Shown here piece after piece: positions 57,444-64,000 of a stretch of DNA of 64,000 nucleotides (positions within the stretch are counted from its first letter, which is position 1; the number at the start of each line of letters is the position of its first letter). The stretch lies in assembly GCF_009914755.1 (NCBI RefSeq), contig NC_060926.1. One strand, written 5' to 3'. The notes beneath the pieces were generated by a model that saw only the letters and a program-made list of their open reading frames with translations, was not told the DNA's origin and ran no database searches. The DNA comes from the human T2T-CHM13v2.0 reference genome, Homo sapiens. A program made the translations under genes and the position numbers.

Positions 57444-58321
57444 AGATATTGTTTTTAAACAAGTTATATTTCTCAGTTTTATTGCTGTTTGTTCTTGAGC
57501 AAGTTAAGCCTTGGTTTTCTCTTCTGTAAAATGGGGGAAAAATAGTATCTACCACATGGTCTTATTTTATAGATAAAACTTAATTTTCCAACCTGTTGCC
57601 AAGAACAGAGGTTACGGGTTACAAGACAGCAAACCTGCCCAGCCCTTTCAGAGGCCAAAGAGTGTCTGATACATTGAAGTCCTTGAGCCAGTCACACTGG
57701 GCCATGATCAATCTCATGCATTTACCTTAACGTACCACACATTATCACCTTGTATGGGTGCCAGAAAAAGTTTGGGTTATCTAAAAGATAATTCACATAT
57801 TTACCATAATGCCTGGAAGAGTAAAGATTTGGAAATGTTAGCTAATATTATATTTATAAAACTGTTAAGTCCATTAAAAAAAATTTGGTGACTCCAAATC
57901 ATTCACAGAAAAGGAATCACATTATCAACATAGGCTAGGACTGTATCTAGTTACTAAAAAACAGATCTTAAAGAGAATCTAGCATGTCTTCCACTGTACC
58001 TTAAAGCAGATACACACCTGAGATTCTAGTTCTTCTTTGCAAAGTAGATAACTAGAGAGACAGTCATCCTCTTTATGTACAAGTTTCTATTAGCCCCAAA
58101 ATGTACTTGAAACTCAACTCTACCCTTAAATGAAATAATAAAATTTGCTTTATACAATGCCTTAAAAATACAAAAGCCAAAAATATCTTGAAATCAGCTT
58201 TTTGGCTTTCTCTACCTTCTACTTTAAATCCACTGTTATGTATGCATACTTTTGAGAGAGAATTGAAGTTTGAATAGACAGAATACTAGTGAATAAAAAC
58301 CATGCTGAGGATAAAAAAAAA

Positions 58322-58613
58322 TTTTTTTTTTTTTCTCTGAGACGGAGTCTCGCTCTGTTGCCCAGGCTGGAGTGCAGTGGCGAAATCTAGGCTCACTGCA
58401 AACTCCACCTCCCGGGTTCATGCCATTCTCCTGCCTCAGCCTCCTGAGAAGCTGGGACTACAGCTACCATGCCCGGCTAATTTTTGTATTTTTTTAGTAG
58501 AGACAGGGTTTCACCGTGTTAGCCAGGATGGTCTCGATCTCCTGACCTCGTGATCTACCCGCTTCGGCCTCCCAAAGTGCTGGGATTACAGGTGTGAGCC
58601 ACCGCGCCCAGCC
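58322..58613 (-). mobile_element. AluY
   Basis: ttcatgccattctcc and ccgtgttagccaggatggtctcgatctcc; flanking gataaaaa duplication. Confidence 0.95.
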
Positions 58614-58639
58614 AGATAAAAATGTTTTTAAATGAAATA

Positions 58640-59372
58640 CCATTCAAGAGTAAGGTGCAAATCAATCTTTAATGAGATAGCACTTCACATATACTAGGAT
58701 GTCTATATTCAAAGAGATATAACAAGTGTTGAAAAGGATGTGAAGAAACTGGAAACTTCATACACTGCTGGTGGGACTATAATGATATAACCACTTTGGA
58801 AAACCATTCCATGATTCCTCAAAAGGTTACTTTTGAGTTACAATACGACCCAGCAACTTCACTCCTAGGTATATACCCAAAAGAAATAAAAACATATGTT
58901 TATACAAAAACTTGCACACAATTTTATTCATAATAACATTATTTACAGCAGTATTATTCATAATAGCCAAAAAGTAGAAACAACTCAAATGTCCATCAAC
59001 TACTGGAATATTTTTCTAATATTATTCATTAGTAAAAAGGAACAAAGTACTTATACATGCCACAACATGGATAAACCTTGAAAACATTATGCTAAGGGAA
59101 AAATGTCAGTCACGAACATATATAATGTCATTTATATGAAATGTCTAGGTTGTTTACATCAATAGAGACAAAAGTAGATTAGTGGTTGCCTAGGGCTGGG
59201 AGAGCTGAGAAACAGAAAGTGAGGGCAAATAGATGTAGAGGTTCTTTTCAGGGGCATTAAATGTTCTAAAATTGATTATGTCATAATTTTGTGAATGTAC
59301 CAAAAACCACTGAACTGTACACTTGAAACAGGTGAATTGCTATGCTATATAACTGAAGAAACAGTTTTAAAA
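58640..59372 (+). mobile_element. Old L1M(B/E) 3' end
   Basis: aatgagatagcacttcac...gacccagcaacttcactcctaggtatatacccaaaag...agattagtggttgcctaggg. Confidence 0.85.
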
Positions 59373-60339
59373 AAGTAAGATATGAGAACATGCAAAAGCC
59401 ATGCTTGCAAACAGAGTAAGAAAAAAAAGATGCAATTTTATAATACATAGAAACAGTGCTTGGTTGCCTTCAGTAGATGTTTCATAACACTGTTTGAATA
59501 GAAGGCAGTCTTTTTTGGTCCAGGAAAAAAATGAGAAAACAGGAAGAAAAAGAATCGGTGAGGCAATTAACCCTTAACATTTTTTTCTCTATCAAGTTAA
59601 CACTTTAGCAAGCAGTCATTTTAGGTTCATTGATCAAAAACGGGTGTCTTTTTAAAAGGGGGGAAAAAATGAGGACTGGGGAGTGCATGTTTATCTGAAT
59701 TTACCAAACAGAAGAAACCTTGTAGATTTTCTTCCGTCTTTTCCTCCTGGTAGTCCCAGCATTTAATCTTAATTTGTTAATTGAAAATGAGAAATAATAA
59801 CTCAAAGGCTCTGAACACTCAGCCTATATATTTTAAGTTTTCTCACTCTGTAGACAGACAACACGGGAAGACATTAATCAGAAGGCTGCTTGGTGAGCAT
59901 GAGGTCCAGAGCAAGAGGAAATGAGGGATCAATTGTTGAATGGAACATTTCTCAAAGTGTGTTCCACTGAGAAAGTCCATGAAAAGGGGGTCTCATGATC
60001 AAATGAGTTTGTTATTAACAATACTCATAGGCTCTGGGAACTACTGCTGGAAAAAAAATTCAATTGATTATGTTTAATGGCAGACAGACCCATGTGGCTC
60101 CTTTCTCCTCTCCATGCCAGAGACAGCACTGCCAATGCTGGTCAAGACTCCCCTCCCGTATAGACCTTGGATGGAACAGAGGCCTCTATGACTTTTCTTT
60201 CTATTGCCCCAGGGCTGACCAATCCTTCTTCCAAGGAATTATTTAAATAAATTGTTACATTCTGTTTAGTGTCAAATCTTTGGAGATTTAGGAGGTATTA
60301 TCTTTTGTTTTGACCCAACATTGCAACTAATGTCTTCAT

Positions 60340-60600
60340 TTCTTCTCAAAATAAAAATAGCTCTTTTGGTTTTTTTTTTTTTTTTCTGTTTGTAAAATGA
60401 TACATGTGCACTGTAAAAAAAAAATCAGGTAACTCAAAAAATACAAAGAAGTAACAATCATGTTTAAGTTAGTCACTAAGAGATAAACACCAAACATTTT
60501 GGTGATCATTCTTTTAGACACCTTTCTATTTAAGTACCCATAGGTACGAAATTTTATATAAGTAGTATGATACTATACATACTATTCTGTATAATAAATT
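60340..60600 (-). mobile_element. Ancient L1ME fragment
   Basis: tgtaaaatgatacatgtgcactgtaaaa...agagataaacaccaaacattttggtg...atactatacatactattctg. Confidence 0.55.
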
Positions 60601-61089
60601 TTATTTTTCAGATTGATAAAAGTTTTATGTTTCTGAATTTATGAAATGTGACATATTTTTAAAAGAAAATATAATTTTCCCAAACATCATGTTTTTTCAG
60701 TGTTTATCATTTGTTCTCAATTACTAAAATTTTTCCAAATAGTTCTTACGTTATTGTCAGCATAAAATCAACAGGAAAGTGCCAAGTATTGTAGGTATAA
60801 GGCATTCTCTGGAATATGTCCAAATATGCCCTGAAATATCCAGATACAGGGTTTGGGGATTATCAAGACTCTTGCACATGTCACTTTGTTCTTCTCCCAA
60901 TTTAGAGAAGCTAAAATGAGTCAGATTAACAGAAATGTCTCTGGAGTTGCCAAATTTGGAGTTAACAAGTTCTCTTCAAAGTGAACCCTTTAAAATCTGT
61001 AAGGATACAGAAGCCCTTTTAAATATCAGTTCTCCATAGTCAAAGAAAAACTGCTTACTAAATTAATTATCCAAATAATTCTGGTAAAA

Positions 61090-61500
61090 CATAGTTCCTA
61101 CCACCCTTTCCACTCAGCATTCTAATTCCTCCAGCAATGATCTTTCTAAATCATAAATGTAACCCTATTGTCTTCTACTAAAAGCCTTCAATGACTCCCA
61201 TTTCCTACAGATAAAGCCCAAATTCTTAAGCATGAAATTCTAGGCTCTCCTGGCACACTAAGTGCTAAAATTTCCCATACTCCCAGTCCCTCAGCAGACT
61301 GCCATACACGAAATGCTCCATGCTGTTCTACATTCCGGCACCATTTCTTCTTCGCAAAATACTTGTTTTTCATCATATTCTACCCTTTTACTTGGTAAGC
61401 CAGTCTACCTTTAAGAGCTAGCTTCAATGTCTTCTTTCTTGACCCACTTGAATAGTATCTGGCACGATATAGAAGCTCAATAAATGCTGCTCTTTTTAAT
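61090..61500 (+). mobile_element. L2 relic
   Basis: tgatctttctaaatcataaatgtaacc...aaagccttcaatgactcccatttcctacagataaagcccaaatt...tctggcacgatatagaagctcaataaatg. Confidence 0.8.
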
Positions 61501-62019
61501 AATTCAGAATCTGGAGAATTATTTCAATTGTCCAATTTAACAGTGAAGAGCAAGCCCCTCCAATTTCCATGAAAATGCCTTGACACATATTAGTGACATA
61601 CCAGGGATAAATATTTTTGGATATTAATAAAAAATCTATGGGTTTCATTATGCTAAAATTATTAATATAATTAGGTTTTCCATATCACCTTTAAAATGCT
61701 GACCTAAAGTCAGTTTGGAAAACATTTCAAATCAAATTTCTACAATATTATAGGCAAAAGAACATTATCAAAACATATTTTACAAAACTCTTTGACACCT
61801 GCCCTCACACAAAACTGTCTTTGGAACTCACACCTGGTTTTCTTACTACAGTATTTACTAAAGCTAAAATTAGACATACAACTTTAGTAAGAGATTGACC
61901 AGAGCTAAAATATTTGAAAAATTACACCATGGGTTGATCTGCCTAATAAAGAAACTGCTTTCTAAGTACAGCCTGTACTTAGCTATAGTTAACTATCTAA
62001 CTGGTATACACGTTCCCTC

Positions 62020-62580
62020 CCTTCCTCCAACCTTCTTCCTTCACTTAAAACAAGAAAAGAAAACCAGATTTTGTTTGGTCATTCATTCTTCCTTCCAAAG
62101 CCTTACCTTCCAGAACAAGCTGACCCATTTCCCTGTTCTAGGAGCAGATGCTAGGTTAGACAAGCAATCAGTACATGCATTTCCCCGAGATGTTACTGGT
62201 CCAAGAATGGGAAAGGCAGACTCATGTTAGCCCTATCAACCTGAAGGAAAGGATGCATACTGCAAGAGAGAAGAGAGGTTCCCTTACACTCTCCTGCTGG
62301 GCATAAACAAGAAATCTTACAATTCTGATTGCACTGGCAGCCATCTTTTGACACAAGGAAAACCAACCTTAGACTGAAGCTGATGCTGTGACTAGCCATG
62401 AATACAAATAGAAAGATCACAAGTCCTTCATAACATCACTAGAATACTGACCATCCATGCTATTATTACATTTCTGAACTTAGTATGTGAGATATTACCT
62501 TAAATAACTTATGTCTAAGTGAGTAGAGTTTGCTTATTTTGAATGTCAGGTAATACTTGTGGCTGAAAGCATCTCAATGG
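62020..62580 (+). mobile_element. Old MaLR LTR (MLT1-type)
   Basis: ggcagccatcttttgacacaagg...tctgaacttagtatgtgagat...tacttgtggctgaaagcatc. Confidence 0.55.
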
Positions 62581-63390
62581 ATAAAGAATATGATTCTTGA
62601 AAGTGGGATGCTGCTAATAACAGAATTTTAAAGGGTCCCTTTTGCGATATACTGGGATTATTATCCCTGTTTTATAAATAGGAAACTAAAGCTTGAAAAG
62701 GTTAAATATACAAAATAAGGCAGGAAACTAGAACTCAGGTTTGTCTAATTCTAAAGTCTATACTACAACTTCATTTCCAAAGTTCTAACAGTGAGAATGG
62801 GTAACTGCAATTATTTTCTGAGAGTTTTCTTTTTAAATCTTAATTCCTTATTCTCTCTGATTTTCCTCTATTCTTTCAATCTATACATTACATAGAAAGT
62901 GTTCCTGTTTAAGTTGTTAACATTTTAAATGTTTCTTTTTCCAGTTTTCTTCTATAGTTTTAGTGAAATACATACAATGTTTATTTTTCTTAGTAAAAGT
63001 GAACAAATTTAGCAGGTTAAGTCATTGTGAAAAAGAAGTATTTTATGTCAAAGGGAACCAACATTGACAGACAGCCCACTAATAAGTCAAAGTTAATGCA
63101 TAACTTTAGTCTTATGCCATATTAAATGTCCAACGTTGATAAAGAATTTTTTTTTTTTAATTTCCAAGAAAACTCTTGGACAGAGTCTAAACAAATGTAC
63201 TCTGCAATACATGGATGACTTAGGAGAAATAATAGTAAGATCCTAATTTTAGGCTATAGTTCACCTATTTGCATTATTTTTGTTAAGGCAGGAAAAGTAA
63301 ACAGCCATTAGGATAAAAATGATACAAATTTGTTGAGTTAGTAAAGGCCTTTTGGCATTTATGGCAATCCCCCCAAAAATAAAATGTTTA

Positions 63391-63693
<303 letters not shown>

Positions 63694-63769
63694 TCAAATA
63701 TTTAAAAGATCATTTCATATATTCACTCATATTAGCTCTCCACAAGGTTTTTCACCTTCTTAAATTTCA

Positions 63770-63925
63770 CTATTTCCAAAAATCAAATGAAAATTTTGGA
63801 ACTAAATAACATAGTATTTGACATTAAAAACTCAACGAATGGGTCTAACAGCAGATCACAAACAGCAGAAGTCAGGAATAGTAAACCAGAAAAATGGCCC
63901 ATAGAAAATGTCCAAACTCAACCTA
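63770..63925 (+). mobile_element. Ancient L1M ORF1 remnant
   Basis: attaaaaactcaacgaatgggtctaacagcagat...agcagaagtcaggaatagtaaaccag. Confidence 0.6.
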
Positions 63926-64000
63926 GTATTTTTTTCTTTTAGTGAGAAAAACTAGAGTGTCTTATAAAACATATCTTTTAAATAATTAGTTCTAAAATGA

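Overview
AT-rich, repeat-dense primate (almost certainly human) genomic DNA lying inside the CHN1 (alpha-chimaerin, neuronal Rac-GAP) gene on the minus strand. The only established coding sequence is one 289-nt exon (30884->30596) encoding the C-terminal half of the alpha2-chimaerin SH2 domain and the SH2-C1 linker (residues ~87-183). Everything to its right is the upstream intron and everything to its left is the downstream intron, whose left end (1-~600) looks like the internal alpha1-chimaerin promoter/5'UTR (CCAAT boxes, G-rich tract, AP-1 site, RE1-like core). The rest is about 20 Alus, two large L1 relics (one carrying nested Alu, FLAM, MaLR LTR and MER44 insertions), MIR/L2/CR1 relics, hAT DNA transposons and microsatellites. 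Almost all other ORFs in the track are repeat-derived or chance. The most interesting unexplained structure is a 78-nt exon-like segment (28621->28544) about 2 kb downstream of the coding exon. It has strong splice sites and an in-frame stop, and it folds into a long hairpin in which the 3' and 5' splice sites pair with each other. Boundaries of ancient repeats and subfamily calls are by-eye estimates.
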